This document shows positions 21,295 through 32,805 of a DNA stretch of 64,000 nucleotides, piece by piece. Where the stretch lies: assembly GCA_944327845.1 (NCBI GenBank), contig CALVHN010000002.1, positions 5,326-69,325 of the forward strand, in the 5' to 3' direction. Every line of letters starts with the position of its first letter. Within the stretch, counting starts at the first letter, position 1. The translations under genes were made by a program, and so were the position numbers. The notes beneath the pieces are model-generated. The model did not search any database. It was given only the letters and a program-made list of their open reading frames with translations, and was not told the DNA's origin. This stretch comes from an uncultured Bacilli bacterium (GTDB taxonomy: Bacteria > Bacillota_I > Bacilli_A > RFN20 > CAG-826).

Positions 21295-22908
21295 ATGCTT
21301 GAACCTATTGAAAAAATTGCAAAAAAAACCAATATTAGCGAGGCTTTTTTAAAAAAATATGAGAAATATAAAGCTAAAGTTGATTTATCTCTTTTTGAAA
21401 AATTAAAAGACAAAGAAGATGGAAAATTAATTTTGGTTACAGCAATTACTCCAACTAAAGCTGGCGAAGGAAAAACAACCGCTTCTATTTCACTTGTAAA
21501 TGGTCTTAAAAAAATTGGCTATGATTCTTTACTTTGTTTAAGAGAACCTTCGTTAGGTCCTGTCTTTGGTTTAAAAGGTGGAGCTACTGGAGGAGGAAAA
21601 GTAACTATTGAACCAAGTGAAGACATTAATCTTCATTTTAATGGTGATATGCATGCATTAACTTCTTCAATTAATTTAATTGCGGCAGTTCTTGATAATC
21701 ATATATATCAAGGAAATGAATTAAATATTGATCCTGAAAAAATTGTTTGGAAAAGAGCCCTTGATGTAAACGACCGTGAATTAAGAGAGATTGAAATTGG
21801 TTTAGGCTCAAGAGTTAATGGTATAAAAAGAACTGAACATTTTGAAATTACTGTAGCAAGTGAATTAATGGCTGTTTTTTGCTTAGCTTCTTCAAAAGAA
21901 GACTTTAAAGAGAGAATGTCTAATATAATAGTTGCTTATACATTTGATGATAAACCAGTCTATGTAAAAGATCTAAAAATTACTAATGCAATTATGAAGT
22001 TAATGGAAAATGCATTAAATCCTAACCTTGTTCAAACTTCCGAACATAATCCTTGTTTTGTTCATGGCGGACCATTTGCTAATATTGCTCATGGTTGTTC
22101 AAGCCTTATTGCAACAAAATTAGCTTTAAAGCTTTCACCAATTGTTGTTACTGAAGCTGGATTTGCTGCTGATTTAGGTGCTGAAAAGTTTTTGGATATT
22201 AAATGCAGAGTCGGAAATATTAAACCTTCACTTATTGTTTTGGTTGCTACAATAAGAGCTTTAAAACTTCATGGTGGTGTTGATTTTGAAGATTTGGACA
22301 AGGAAAATATTGAAGCTTTAAAAGAAGGTTTTTCAAATTTAGAGCAACATTTTTCAAACTTAAGAAAATATAATTTACCTGTTTTAGTTGTAATAAATCG
22401 TTTTAAATCAGATACAAAAAATGAAATTAAGGTTTTGGAAGAATTATGTAAAGCAAGAATGATGAAAATTACTCTTTGCGATGGTTTCCTTAAAGGAGGA
22501 GATGGTTGTATTGATTTTGCAAATAAAACAATTGAAATGCTTGAAACAACAAATAATAGGCAATTTAATTTTTTATACAATTTAGAAGATACAATTGAAA
22601 ATAAAATTAAAATAATCGCAAAAGAAATTTATCGAGCTGATGATGTAATTTTTCTTGATGAAGCAAAAAAAGATATTGAATTAATTAATTCTTTAAATAA
22701 ATCATCATTACCAATTTGTATGGCAAAAACTCAATCATCATTTTCAGATAATCCTAAACTTATTAATACACCTCGAAATTTTAAAATTACTGTAAGAAAA
22801 CTTAAATTATCAAATGGTTCTGGCTTTATTGTTGCATATTGCGGAAATATTCTAACTATGCCAGGTCTACCAAAAATTCCTGCAGCAGTTTTAATGGAAA
22901 ATGAATAA
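21295..22908 (+). CDS. fhs: formate--tetrahydrofolate ligase
   Basis: ITPTKAGEGKTT P-loop and full-length FTHFS similarity (PCFVHGGPFANIAHGCSS). Confidence 0.93.
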   Translation: MLEPIEKIAKKTNISEAFLKKYEKYKAKVDLSLFEKLKDKEDGKLILVTAITPTKAGEGKTTASISLVNGLKKIGYDSLLCLREPSLGPVFGLKGGATGGGKVTIEPSEDINLHFNGDMHALTSSINLIAAVLDNHIYQGNELNIDPEKIVWKRALDVNDRELREIEIGLGSRVNGIKRTEHFEITVASELMAVFCLASSKEDFKERMSNIIVAYTFDDKPVYVKDLKITNAIMKLMENALNPNLVQTSEHNPCFVHGGPFANIAHGCSSLIATKLALKLSPIVVTEAGFAADLGAEKFLDIKCRVGNIKPSLIVLVATIRALKLHGGVDFEDLDKENIEALKEGFSNLEQHFSNLRKYNLPVLVVINRFKSDTKNEIKVLEELCKARMMKITLCDGFLKGGDGCIDFANKTIEMLETTNNRQFNFLYNLEDTIENKIKIIAKEIYRADDVIFLDEAKKDIELINSLNKSSLPICMAKTQSSFSDNPKLINTPRNFKITVRKLKLSNGSGFIVAYCGNILTMPGLPKIPAAVLMENE

Positions 22909-22964
22909 TTTTTGGTAATTTTATATAACTAATTGCATCTTGTTAATTATAGGTATGTAACTAG

Positions 22965-24968
22965 ATGCTTGAAGTTAAGAACATTTGTAAGTCATTTAAA
23001 ATTAATGAGTCAAAATATATTGACATTTTAAAACATGTATCTTTTAAAATAAAAAATAACGGGCTTTATTTTATTACAGGAAAATCTGGCTGTGGGAAAT
23101 CAACATTATTAAATATACTTGAATCTATTTTAACTCCTGATAGTGGAGAAGTTTTAATAGATGGGGAAAACATATTTAATTTAAAAGATAAAGAAAAAAA
23201 TAATTATTTAAAAGATACAATTGGTGTAGTTTTTCAATACTATAATTTATTTGATTCATTAACTGTTAAAGAGAATATTTTACTTTCTGAGAAAATTAAA
23301 AATGTTAATAATGAAAATTATATTAAGGAATTATCTAAAAAATTAAAAATAGATAATTTATTTAATCAAAAAGTAGCTACTTTATCTGGAGGAGAGAAAC
23401 AAAGAGTAGCAATTTTAAGATCAATTATTTCACATCCTAAAATTATTTTGTGTGATGAACCAACGGGTGCATTAGATTACGAAAGTGCATTAATTATTAT
23501 GGATATCCTTAAATCTTTAGCAAAAGATGCAATAATAATTGTTGTTACTCATAATGAAACCTTAGTTGAAAAATATGGAGATGGTTGTTTTCTTTTAGAA
23601 GATGGAACAATAAAAATTAAATTTTTAAAAGAGGATAAAGATGAGAAAAAAGAAATTTATCAAGAAAGAAATTATAAAAATAATAAAGGTTTTGCATGGT
23701 TTTTATCAAAAAAACACCTTTTGCAAGATATCAAGATTAATTTAATTTCTATTTTTTCAATATTTTTAACATTTTTTATTTTTACTTTAACATTATCTTT
23801 TTTTAATGGTTTTTCTAAGGCAAAAGGCGAAATATTAGATTCTTTTATTAACTATAATATGTTCGAAATATCTAAGGTTATTAGTCAAAATTATCAAACA
23901 AGTAATTTAGAAATCTTAAAAAAAGAAGCACCAGAAGATGAAGAAATAAAAGATTATATAAAAGTTAAATCCGATGAAATGGAAGTTTTTTACAATTTAG
24001 ATTTCTTTTTTCAAGTACCTAAAAAAGTTGTTTATCAACAAAATACATTGGAAAACATAAGGTTTTTACCATATTATTCGAATTTTAATTTGAATAATTT
24101 TTATTGTAATCATCTTTTTTATGAAATGATTGATGAATTGGATAAAAACTTTACTGTAACTTTTGAAAAAATCTATAATTTTCACGATAAAGAAAATAAT
24201 AGTTTGATAGAAAATAAATTTAAATTAGATCTTAATGTAACAATTACTGATTATATAAATGAATTTATTTATTTAAATCAGCCAACAATTTATTATCCGT
24301 ATTTTTATTTTTTAGATTTGCTTGACAGTGTTAAAGTTGAAAATGTAAATAATTTACTTGGAACAGACTATACTTGGAAAAATGTTTTAGAATTAGCGAA
24401 TAATTCTGATGAAATTAAATCTTATTCAAAATTAATTCGGATTAGCGATGAAAATATTCAAAATATTAGGAATAAAATAAAAAATTACGATCTATCAATA
24501 GATAGATTAAAAATTGAAAGTGATAGTTATACCATTGTTGATTCTTTTGATACTCTTTCTTCTACTTTATTTCTTGGAGTGAAAATATTTTTAGGAATTT
24601 CAGCATTATGTAGTGTTTTTCTTACTTCATTTATTTCTTTTTCATCGTTTTTAAAAAGTAGAAAAGAAATTGCTATTTTAAAAATATTAGGAAGTAGTGA
24701 TAATGAAATTATTAAAATTTTTATTTATCAAGAAATAATTGTTTATTTATTATCGTTTGCTTTTTCAATAATTTTGTTTCTTTTGATGATGAATCCTATA
24801 AATCAAATACTTTTTAATGTATTTGCCTTCAAACCTTTTTTAAAATTAGATTTTTTAAGCATGTTATTAATATTTCTTATTGGAATGTTTGTAATAATTT
24901 TATCTACATATATTCCTCTTAAACTTACTAAGAAGATTGATATAAGCAAGGAATTGAAAGAAGAATAA
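22965..24968 (+). CDS. MacB-type fused ABC transporter (N-terminal ATPase, C-terminal FtsX-like permease)
   Basis: Walker A GKSGCGKST, signature LSGGEKQRVAI, then TM helices flanking a large extracytoplasmic domain. Confidence 0.85.
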   Translation: MLEVKNICKSFKINESKYIDILKHVSFKIKNNGLYFITGKSGCGKSTLLNILESILTPDSGEVLIDGENIFNLKDKEKNNYLKDTIGVVFQYYNLFDSLTVKENILLSEKIKNVNNENYIKELSKKLKIDNLFNQKVATLSGGEKQRVAILRSIISHPKIILCDEPTGALDYESALIIMDILKSLAKDAIIIVVTHNETLVEKYGDGCFLLEDGTIKIKFLKEDKDEKKEIYQERNYKNNKGFAWFLSKKHLLQDIKINLISIFSIFLTFFIFTLTLSFFNGFSKAKGEILDSFINYNMFEISKVISQNYQTSNLEILKKEAPEDEEIKDYIKVKSDEMEVFYNLDFFFQVPKKVVYQQNTLENIRFLPYYSNFNLNNFYCNHLFYEMIDELDKNFTVTFEKIYNFHDKENNSLIENKFKLDLNVTITDYINEFIYLNQPTIYYPYFYFLDLLDSVKVENVNNLLGTDYTWKNVLELANNSDEIKSYSKLIRISDENIQNIRNKIKNYDLSIDRLKIESDSYTIVDSFDTLSSTLFLGVKIFLGISALCSVFLTSFISFSSFLKSRKEIAILKILGSSDNEIIKIFIYQEIIVYLLSFAFSIILFLLMMNPINQILFNVFAFKPFLKLDFLSMLLIFLIGMFVIILSTYIPLKLTKKIDISKELKEE

Positions 24969-27787
24969 TGTTAAAGATTAAAAAATTAACAAAACAATTT
25001 AATCAAAAGATCTTGTTAGAAAATATTTCTTATGAATTTAGAACAAAAGGTTTTTATACAATATGTGGTGAAAGTGGAAGTGGAAAATCGACTTTACTTA
25101 ATATTTTAAGTACAATCGATGAAAAATATGAAAAAGGGCAAATATTTTATAAAGATTATAATTATGATAATTTAAATGAAAGTGAAAAAAGACAATTAAG
25201 ATTAGCAAACTTTGGCTTTGTTTTTCAGTCATTTAATTTATTAGAAAACGATACAGTTTTAAATAATTTATTATTAGTTATTGATTATAATAAAAATTTA
25301 AATAAGAATTACAAATTACGCAAAATCGATTTTTTGCTTGAATCCTTTGGTATATTAAATTTAAAAAATGAATATGTATTAAATTTATCTGGAGGAGAAA
25401 AACAAAGAGTAGCAATTGTTAGAAGTTTAATTAACTCTCCAAAAGTAATTTTTTGTGATGAACCTACTGGTTCGTTAGATAAAGAGAATAGTGAAAATAT
25501 TTTCCAATTATTAAAGGACATTTCAAAAAATTTATTAGTAATATGTGTTACTCATGATAGAAGTTTAGCGGAAAAGTATTCTGATTATACTTTATTAATT
25601 GAAAACAAAAAAATGATTGAGTTTATAAATGAAAACCCCGCAGAAAACTCAAATAAAATAAAAATACTTAACGAGACCTCAAGAAATTTAAGACCTAAAT
25701 TAACATATAATTTTATTTTTAAACACTTAAAATCAAAATTTAAAATGAAAAAGACAAGATATAGTATATCTTCAATTTTGATTTCCTTTTCACTTGTTGC
25801 TCTAGGTGTAGCTTTATTAATATCTTTAAATATTTCTACTTCTTTAAAGAACGCTTTTTCTTCTATAATTGGTGAAAACTCATTAATTCTTTCTCGAAAG
25901 AATAGTGATTCAGAAATACTTTCATTTGAAGCAACCAATAAAAAACAAATTGAAGAACTGGCTTTTAATTATAAAAATGATATTGAGTACTATGGAACAA
26001 ATTATTTAGTAAATTTTGAAGAATTTTTTAAAGATAGGAATGTTTTATATAATGTAACAACCCAGCCAAATCAACTTATTCCTGGATTTGGTGCACGTCA
26101 TTTTAATGAATTTACTTATATTAACGATTGCTCAAAGTTTGAAATTTATCCAAGTTTAAGTAAAGATATAAAACTAGAAGATGATGAAATTATTCTTGGA
26201 TTAAATTTTACACAGGTTAAAAATATTTGTTTAAATTTTAAAATAGTTCGTTCATATGAATCTCTTGCTAATTTTATTAAAAATAATGATTTTTTAGTAT
26301 GTATTTATCTAGCAAATTCTTATTGGACTTATAGTGACGAAATAACTTTTAAAGTTAGAGGGATAATACCAACAAATAGGCCTCAAATATATCATACCAA
26401 TTCACTTTTTAATGAGATATTTTTTGAAGACGTTTTACGTTTTCCATCGACTTATGATTTATTAAAAGAAGAAGAATTACCATGGATGTTAAAAAAGATT
26501 CATTACCTAAAAACATATGATTTCCAATCTGTTTTTCTAAATAAACTTATGTATGATCCATTATATAAAAATTTAGTTTTTGATAGTGAAACTAAAGAAT
26601 ATTCACCACAAACATGTCCAGAATTTCCTTCATATACTAATAAGATATATGTTTATTCTACTTTAAATAAAAATATAGATTTGTCTTTAATAAATTTAAT
26701 AAATAGTTATCTTAAAGACATTGAAAGTTATTATTTTTCTTCAAGTGGCGGATATATCAATTATGGAACATCTTTATTTGTAGGTTTTGCGAATCCAATG
26801 TATTTAACATTATCTAAAGAAGAATCAGATTATCTTATAGATTCGATGACACTTATTAAAAATGTAGACTTACAAAATATTGTAATACCAGATTTTGCAC
26901 TTTCAGGTTATGTATTTAATAATTCTAATAATCAACTAAAATATAAACCTTTAAAAGATAATTTATTAATTTCAGGTAGTAAAGACTTATTATCTAATGA
27001 AGTCATACTTTCAAAAGGAATATTAGAATTTTATGGAATTGAGGAAAAAGATATTCTAAATAAAAAAATTTATTTAACTTTAAATAATAACGACAAGCAT
27101 TTTGAAGATCATGTAATTAAAGAATTTAAAACAATCTCTTTAAATGTTGCTGGTGTAGTTTTAAATGATTATTCTTATTCTATATATCAAAGTAGTGAAT
27201 TTTCTATTTCGTTATTTAGAGATTTGTTTAAGGAAAGTGCATTTAATTTATTGCTAAACTCAATTATTTTTGAAACAAAAGAGAAAGTAAGCCAAGAAGA
27301 TATTAAACAAATTAATAGTTATTTTGATGAGTATGAATTAGTTGATCCAATGAATGAAATTAATGAATCTATTAATGAAGTTTTGTTTTATTTAGAAATT
27401 ATTTTATATTCCTTTTCTTTAGTAACAATCATTTCTTCAATAATAGTTTTAGCGATAATTAACTTAATTAATATTGATGAAGATAAAAAAGAGATAGCAA
27501 TATTTACTTTATTAGGTTTTAATACAAATCAAATATTAAAAATGGAGTTCATCAATTCTTTATCTTTTTCACTGATTTCCTTTATTACGAGTGGGATTTC
27601 AATAGTTTTTATTAATTATTTCATCTTTAATGTTTTTAAAAATGAATTTGGATATGTATCAACTTTAACTTTTCCGACTATACCTTTAGTGTTTTTATTT
27701 TTAACAATATTATTTATGACCTTTATATCATTACTTTTTATTTATAGACCTATAAAAAATATTAATTTAATTAAAAACTTACATTAG
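24968..27787 (+). CDS. MacB-type fused ABC transporter with very large extracytoplasmic domain
   Basis: Walker A GESGSGKST, signature LSGGEKQRVAI, and a 939-aa protein with N-terminal and C-terminal FtsX-like TM helices. Start codon overlaps the upstream stop. Confidence 0.85.
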   Translation: MLKIKKLTKQFNQKILLENISYEFRTKGFYTICGESGSGKSTLLNILSTIDEKYEKGQIFYKDYNYDNLNESEKRQLRLANFGFVFQSFNLLENDTVLNNLLLVIDYNKNLNKNYKLRKIDFLLESFGILNLKNEYVLNLSGGEKQRVAIVRSLINSPKVIFCDEPTGSLDKENSENIFQLLKDISKNLLVICVTHDRSLAEKYSDYTLLIENKKMIEFINENPAENSNKIKILNETSRNLRPKLTYNFIFKHLKSKFKMKKTRYSISSILISFSLVALGVALLISLNISTSLKNAFSSIIGENSLILSRKNSDSEILSFEATNKKQIEELAFNYKNDIEYYGTNYLVNFEEFFKDRNVLYNVTTQPNQLIPGFGARHFNEFTYINDCSKFEIYPSLSKDIKLEDDEIILGLNFTQVKNICLNFKIVRSYESLANFIKNNDFLVCIYLANSYWTYSDEITFKVRGIIPTNRPQIYHTNSLFNEIFFEDVLRFPSTYDLLKEEELPWMLKKIHYLKTYDFQSVFLNKLMYDPLYKNLVFDSETKEYSPQTCPEFPSYTNKIYVYSTLNKNIDLSLINLINSYLKDIESYYFSSSGGYINYGTSLFVGFANPMYLTLSKEESDYLIDSMTLIKNVDLQNIVIPDFALSGYVFNNSNNQLKYKPLKDNLLISGSKDLLSNEVILSKGILEFYGIEEKDILNKKIYLTLNNNDKHFEDHVIKEFKTISLNVAGVVLNDYSYSIYQSSEFSISLFRDLFKESAFNLLLNSIIFETKEKVSQEDIKQINSYFDEYELVDPMNEINESINEVLFYLEIILYSFSLVTIISSIIVLAIINLINIDEDKKEIAIFTLLGFNTNQILKMEFINSLSFSLISFITSGISIVFINYFIFNVFKNEFGYVSTLTFPTIPLVFLFLTILFMTFISLLFIYRPIKNINLIKNLH

Positions 27788-28031
27788 TATAGTTTAAATA
27801 AGTTTTAGAATATATTTGGCTTTTTTAAACTAAAAACACTGCAAATCCCTATTAAATTTTTAAAAAAATAATTCTAAATAGGTATAATTTTTTATGAACT
27901 TATATAAATTTTTTAAAAAGCTAAGGAAAGAGTTAAAAGTAATAAGTCATTAAAATGTAAATTTTTAAAAAAATACTTTTTTCTTTTATAATTTTTTCTA
28001 TAATAATTACGTTAACAAGGAGTTAAAACTA

Positions 28032-28244
28032 ATGGAAAAAATTGCTGGTGTTGTTAAAACATTTAATAGTGTTAAAGGTTTTGGTTTTATTGACGATGGA
28101 GAAGGCCATGATTGCTTTTTTCATTATTCCTCTTTAAATATTGATGGTTTTAAGACAATTAAACCTGGTACAAAAGTATTATTTGAGAAAAATGAAACCG
28201 AAAAAGGTTTTAGAGCAGTAAATATAGATATCGTTAAAGACTAA
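28032..28244 (+). CDS. cspA: cold-shock protein (CspA family)
   Basis: 70 aa. RNP1-like GFGFI motif (VKGFGFIDDG) and a long AT-rich 5' UTR. Confidence 0.93.
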   Translation: MEKIAGVVKTFNSVKGFGFIDDGEGHDCFFHYSSLNIDGFKTIKPGTKVLFEKNETEKGFRAVNIDIVKD

Positions 28245-28283
28245 GCTTTATAAAACTTATTTTTCTTAATACTATAATTTATT

Positions 28284-28317
28284 AAAGCTATTACTTCGGT
28301 AATGGCTTTATTTTTTA
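28284..28317 (+). terminator. rho-independent terminator after csp
   Basis: Hairpin AGCTATTAC-ttcg-GTAATGGCT followed by TTTATTTTTT. Confidence 0.7.
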
Positions 28318-28372
28318 AGAAAAATAATAATCAAAATAGTATATAATTATTACGATTTAAAGAGAGGTGTTT

Positions 28373-29476
28373 ATGGGATTAAAAGCTGGAATTGTTGGTT
28401 TGCCAAATGTTGGAAAGTCTACTTTATTTAATGCAATTACTTTAAACCATGTTGAAGCTGCAAATTATCCATTTGCAACAATTAAACCAAATGTTGGTAC
28501 TGTTACGATAAATGATGAGAGAGTTGATAATTTGGCTAAACTTTTTAATCCAAAAAAAGTTATTTACAATACTTTTGAATTTTATGATATTGCAGGCTTA
28601 GTTAAAGGTGCAAGTAAAGGAGAAGGTTTAGGTAATCAATTCTTATCTCATATTAGAGAAGTGGATGCAATTATTGAAGTTGTTAGATGTTTTGACTCAA
28701 ATGAAATTATTCATGTAGAAAATAGTGTCGATCCAATTAGAGATATTCAAATTATTAATCTTGAGCTTATTATTGCTGATTTAGAAAGTGTAAATAATCG
28801 TTTAGCAAAAATCGCAAATAAGGCGAGAATTTCTAAAGATAAAGAAGCTTTAAATGAAATTAATTTACTTGAAAAAGCAAAAGAATGTTTGGAAAAAGAA
28901 CTTCCATTAAGATCTTTATCTTTTAATGAAGAAGAAATTAAAACTTTAAAAAACTTTAACTTTTTAACAATTAAACCAATTATTTATGTTGCTAATGTTA
29001 GTGATAATGATTTAGCAGATATTGAGAATTGTAAATATTATCAATTAGTTAAAGAATTTGCCTTAAAAGAGGGGAATATTGCTTTACCAATAAGTTGTGA
29101 GATTGAATCAGAACTAGCAAATCTTCCAAAAGAAGAAAGGCAAGAATTTTTAGAAACATTAGGCTTAAAAGTAAGTGGTTTAGATGTTTTAGTTAAAGAA
29201 GCTTATAAATTATTAAATTTATCTACCTTTTTTACTGTTGGAAGCGATGAAGTAAGAGCATGGAGCTTTAAAAACGGAATGCTTGCTCCTGATTGTGCTG
29301 GAATCATTCATACAGATTTTAAAAAAGGATTTATTAAAGCCGAAGTTTATACCTATGATGATATTATGAAATATAAAAGCGAAACTGCTTTAAAGGAAGC
29401 TGGTAAGATTAGAATAGAAGGAAAAGATTATCTTGCAAAAGATGGAGACATTTTCTTCTTTAGATTTAATGTTTAA
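28373..29476 (+). CDS. ychF: ribosome-binding ATPase YchF
   Basis: GIVGLPNVGKSTLFNA G1 motif, a YchF-specific coiled coil and a C-terminal TGS domain. AGAGAGG RBS precedes the ATG at 28373. Confidence 0.93.
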   Translation: MGLKAGIVGLPNVGKSTLFNAITLNHVEAANYPFATIKPNVGTVTINDERVDNLAKLFNPKKVIYNTFEFYDIAGLVKGASKGEGLGNQFLSHIREVDAIIEVVRCFDSNEIIHVENSVDPIRDIQIINLELIIADLESVNNRLAKIANKARISKDKEALNEINLLEKAKECLEKELPLRSLSFNEEEIKTLKNFNFLTIKPIIYVANVSDNDLADIENCKYYQLVKEFALKEGNIALPISCEIESELANLPKEERQEFLETLGLKVSGLDVLVKEAYKLLNLSTFFTVGSDEVRAWSFKNGMLAPDCAGIIHTDFKKGFIKAEVYTYDDIMKYKSETALKEAGKIRIEGKDYLAKDGDIFFFRFNV

Positions 29477-29478
29477 TT

Positions 29479-29952
29479 ATGAGAATTGGAATTGGTAAAG
29501 ATATACATAAATTAGAAGAAGGAGAGTATTTAATTTTAGGTGGTATTAAAATACCTTCTAAGCTTAAAAGTGTATCCTATTCAGATGGTGATGTTCTAAT
29601 TCATGCTTTAATAGATTCAATATTTGGAGCTTTAGGGCTTGGAGATATTGGAGAAACTTTTAAAGATAGCGATCCATTAAATAAAGGAAAATCATCCATT
29701 GAATTTTTAAAAGAAACAGTATTAATTTTAAAAAGAGAAAATAAAAAAATTGTTAATATTGATACTATTATTACTCTTGAAGAACCTAAACTTAAAGAAA
29801 ATAAGCTTAAAATTAGAAAAAACCTTGCTAATCTCTTAGATATTAATGAAAATCAAATAAACATTAAAGCAGGAACAAATGAAGGATTTGATTCTCTTGG
29901 AAGAAAAGAATCAATCGAAGCAATAGCTATTACATTATTGGAGGACTTATAA
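29479..29952 (+). CDS. ispF: 2-C-methyl-D-erythritol 2,4-cyclodiphosphate synthase
   Basis: MRIGIGKDIH...SDGDVLIHALIDSIFGALGLGDIG is the canonical IspF sequence. Confidence 0.9.
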   Translation: MRIGIGKDIHKLEEGEYLILGGIKIPSKLKSVSYSDGDVLIHALIDSIFGALGLGDIGETFKDSDPLNKGKSSIEFLKETVLILKRENKKIVNIDTIITLEEPKLKENKLKIRKNLANLLDINENQINIKAGTNEGFDSLGRKESIEAIAITLLEDL

Positions 29953-29953
29953 A

Positions 29954-31405
29954 ATGGAAGAAATTAAAAAAGTTAGAGTGAGATATGCTCCATCTCCAAC
30001 CGGATATTTACATATTGGTGGAGCAAGAAGTGCATTATTCAATTATTTATATGCTAAAAAATATCATGGTGATTTTGTTTTTAGAATTGAAGATACCGAT
30101 ATTGAAAGAAATATTGAAGGAGCAGAATATTCTCAACTTCATGATTTAATTTGGTTAGGAATTATTCCAGATGAATCAATTGAAAAACCAAATCCAAAAT
30201 ATGCTCCTTATCGCCAAATGGAAAAATTAGCCTTATATCAAAAATATGCTCATGAATTGGTTGAAAAAGGATATGCTTATGAATGCTATTGTACTGAAGA
30301 AGAATTAGCAGAAATGAAAGAAAATCAATATGCTAATGGAATCAAAGCATTTAAATATAACCGCCATTGCTTAAATTTAACTAACGAAGAAAAAGAAAAA
30401 TATATTAAAGAAGGAAGAAAACCTGTTATTAGATTAAAAATGGAAAAAGGAGTTACTTTTAAATTCCATGATTTAGTTAGAGGCGATGTTTCTTTTTTAA
30501 GCGATGACATTGGAGATTTTGTTATTTTAAAAAGTAATGGAATACCTACTTATAATTTTGCTGTTGTAATTGATGATCATATTATGGATATAACTCATGT
30601 TTTAAGAGGTGAAGAACATTTATCAAACACTCCAAAACAGTTACAAATTTATAAATATTTTGGATGGGAACCACCAAAATTTGGACATATGACAATTATT
30701 GTTAATGAAAATGGTAAAAAATTATCTAAACGAGACAACAATATTTTACAATTTATGTCTCAATATCGTGACTTAGGTTATCTTCCTGAAGCAATTTTTA
30801 ATTTTTTATTTTTATTAGGATATACATCAAGTGATTCAAAAGAATTTTTCACTAAAGAAGAGGCAATTGAAAATTTTGATCCTTCACGTTTATCTTCTTC
30901 TCCATCAATGTTTGATAATAAAAAATTAAAGTATATTAATTCAACTTATATAAAACATTTAGACGATGAAAAATATTTTGAATTTATCCTTCCTTTTATT
31001 AAAAAGTCCGCAAAAGCTAAAGATTTTGATGAAAATCTATTAAAAGAAATAGCTTTAATATATAAAAATGAGATTGCATATGGTGAAGAAATTACATCAT
31101 TACTTGATGAAATATTAGACTATGATAAAAATCAATTAACTGATGAAGAAAAAGAATTTTTAAATTTAGATTCTTCAAAACTTGCTATTTCTAAATTTAA
31201 AGAAAAAGTTATATCCTTAAAATCTTTTGATAAAGATTCAGTTAAAGAATTATTTTTAAGTGTTCAAAAAGAGACTTCTTTAAAAGGTAAAAACTTATAT
31301 ATGCCTATTAGACTTAAATTAACAAAAATGTCTCATGGTATTGAAATGCATAATATTCTTAAGATTTTAGGAATGGAGGAAATATTAAAAAGAATTGATT
31401 TATAG
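29954..31405 (+). CDS. gltX: glutamate--tRNA ligase
   Basis: Class I HIGH motif (PSPTGYLHIGGAR) and KMSKS-like KLSKR. Confidence 0.95.
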   Translation: MEEIKKVRVRYAPSPTGYLHIGGARSALFNYLYAKKYHGDFVFRIEDTDIERNIEGAEYSQLHDLIWLGIIPDESIEKPNPKYAPYRQMEKLALYQKYAHELVEKGYAYECYCTEEELAEMKENQYANGIKAFKYNRHCLNLTNEEKEKYIKEGRKPVIRLKMEKGVTFKFHDLVRGDVSFLSDDIGDFVILKSNGIPTYNFAVVIDDHIMDITHVLRGEEHLSNTPKQLQIYKYFGWEPPKFGHMTIIVNENGKKLSKRDNNILQFMSQYRDLGYLPEAIFNFLFLLGYTSSDSKEFFTKEEAIENFDPSRLSSSPSMFDNKKLKYINSTYIKHLDDEKYFEFILPFIKKSAKAKDFDENLLKEIALIYKNEIAYGEEITSLLDEILDYDKNQLTDEEKEFLNLDSSKLAISKFKEKVISLKSFDKDSVKELFLSVQKETSLKGKNLYMPIRLKLTKMSHGIEMHNILKILGMEEILKRIDL

Positions 31406-31463
31406 TATTAATAGAAATTTATATTGTATTTATATATAATTATTAAGATTTTAGGAGAAAAGT

Positions 31464-31883
31464 ATGACAACAAAGTTAGAAAACAAATCGATGGTAGATG
31501 TAGCTTATGAAATTATGGTAAAAGAAAAAAAGATTTTCAAATTCAATGAATTATTTGAACTTGTAGCTAATGAACTTGGATTTGATGATGAAACAAAAAA
31601 TGATCGTATTTCAAAATTTTATACAAATATTTCTTTAGATGGTCGTTTCGTTAATTTACCAAACAACACCTGGGATTTAAGAACAAATCAAACATTCGAT
31701 AAAGTTCATATTGATATGAAAGATGTTTATTCTGCAATCGAAGAAGAGCATGGTCTTAAAACTAATGAAGATGGTGAAGAAGTTAAAATTGAAGGTGAAT
31801 ACGACGAAGAAGACGATGAAGAAGATGATCTTCTTGATGATGAAAGTAAAGAAGAAGATTTTGAAAGCGAAAATTTTGATTAA
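31464..31883 (+). CDS. rpoE: RNA polymerase delta subunit
   Basis: N-terminal HARE-HTH-like domain (SMVDVAYEIM...FKFNELFELVANELG) and a polyacidic C-terminal tail (EYDEEDDEEDDLLDDE). Confidence 0.85.
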   Translation: MTTKLENKSMVDVAYEIMVKEKKIFKFNELFELVANELGFDDETKNDRISKFYTNISLDGRFVNLPNNTWDLRTNQTFDKVHIDMKDVYSAIEEEHGLKTNEDGEEVKIEGEYDEEDDEEDDLLDDESKEEDFESENFD

Positions 31884-31914
31884 TTTTAACTAATAAATAT
31901 AGGAGGAAGTCATA

Positions 31915-32778
31915 ATGGAATTAGTTAATATGTGTGAAATGCTTAAAAAAGCTCACGAAGGACATTATGCTGTTGGTCAATTTAACATTAATAATCTTGA
32001 ATGGGTTAGCGCTATTTTAGATGAATGTAATGAATTAAAATGCCCTGTAATTTTAGGCGTTAGTGAAGGTGCAATCAAATATATGGGTGGTTGCGATACA
32101 ATCGTTGGAATGGTTAAAGGTTATATTAAAGACAACAATATCACTGTTCCTGTTGCTTTACATGTTGATCATGGTTCATCTTTTGAAGTTTGTAAAAAAG
32201 CAATTGATGCTGGATTTACTTCTGTTATGATTGATGCTTCTCATCATTCACTTGATGAAAACATTAAAATCACTAAACAAGTTGTTGATTATGCTCATGC
32301 AAGAAATGTTTCAGTTGAAGCTGAACTTGGACATGTTGGCGGACAAGAAGATAATGTTGTTTCTCAAGGCGTTTTATATGCTGATAAAAATGAATGCTTA
32401 AAACTTGTTAAAGAAGCTGGAATCGATTGTTTAGCTCCTGCTCTTGGTTCAGTTCATGGACCATATCATGGAGAACCAAAACTTGGATTTAAAGAGATGG
32501 AAGAAATCAATGAATTAGTTAAGATTCCTCTTGTTTTACATGGTGGTAGTGGAATTCCTGATTTTCAATTAAAAATGGCTATTGATCGCGGTACTTCAAA
32601 AATCAATGTAAATACTGAAAATCAACAAGCTTTTGCTAAAATTGTTAGAGAAATTTGTGCTACAACTGATCCAGTAAAAGTTTATGATCCTCGTAAAATT
32701 TTAGGACCAGCTAAACAAGGAATCAGAGATGTTGTTAAAGCTAAATGCGAAGTCTTTGGCTGCATTAATAAAGCTTAA
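31915..32778 (+). CDS. fba: class II fructose-bisphosphate aldolase
   Basis: FbaA signature blocks ([34 protein letters not shown]). Confidence 0.93.
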   Translation: MELVNMCEMLKKAHEGHYAVGQFNINNLEWVSAILDECNELKCPVILGVSEGAIKYMGGCDTIVGMVKGYIKDNNITVPVALHVDHGSSFEVCKKAIDAGFTSVMIDASHHSLDENIKITKQVVDYAHARNVSVEAELGHVGGQEDNVVSQGVLYADKNECLKLVKEAGIDCLAPALGSVHGPYHGEPKLGFKEMEEINELVKIPLVLHGGSGIPDFQLKMAIDRGTSKINVNTENQQAFAKIVREICATTDPVKVYDPRKILGPAKQGIRDVVKAKCEVFGCINKA

Positions 32779-32805
32779 AAAATTAATTAATTCTTAAATA
32801 AATCT

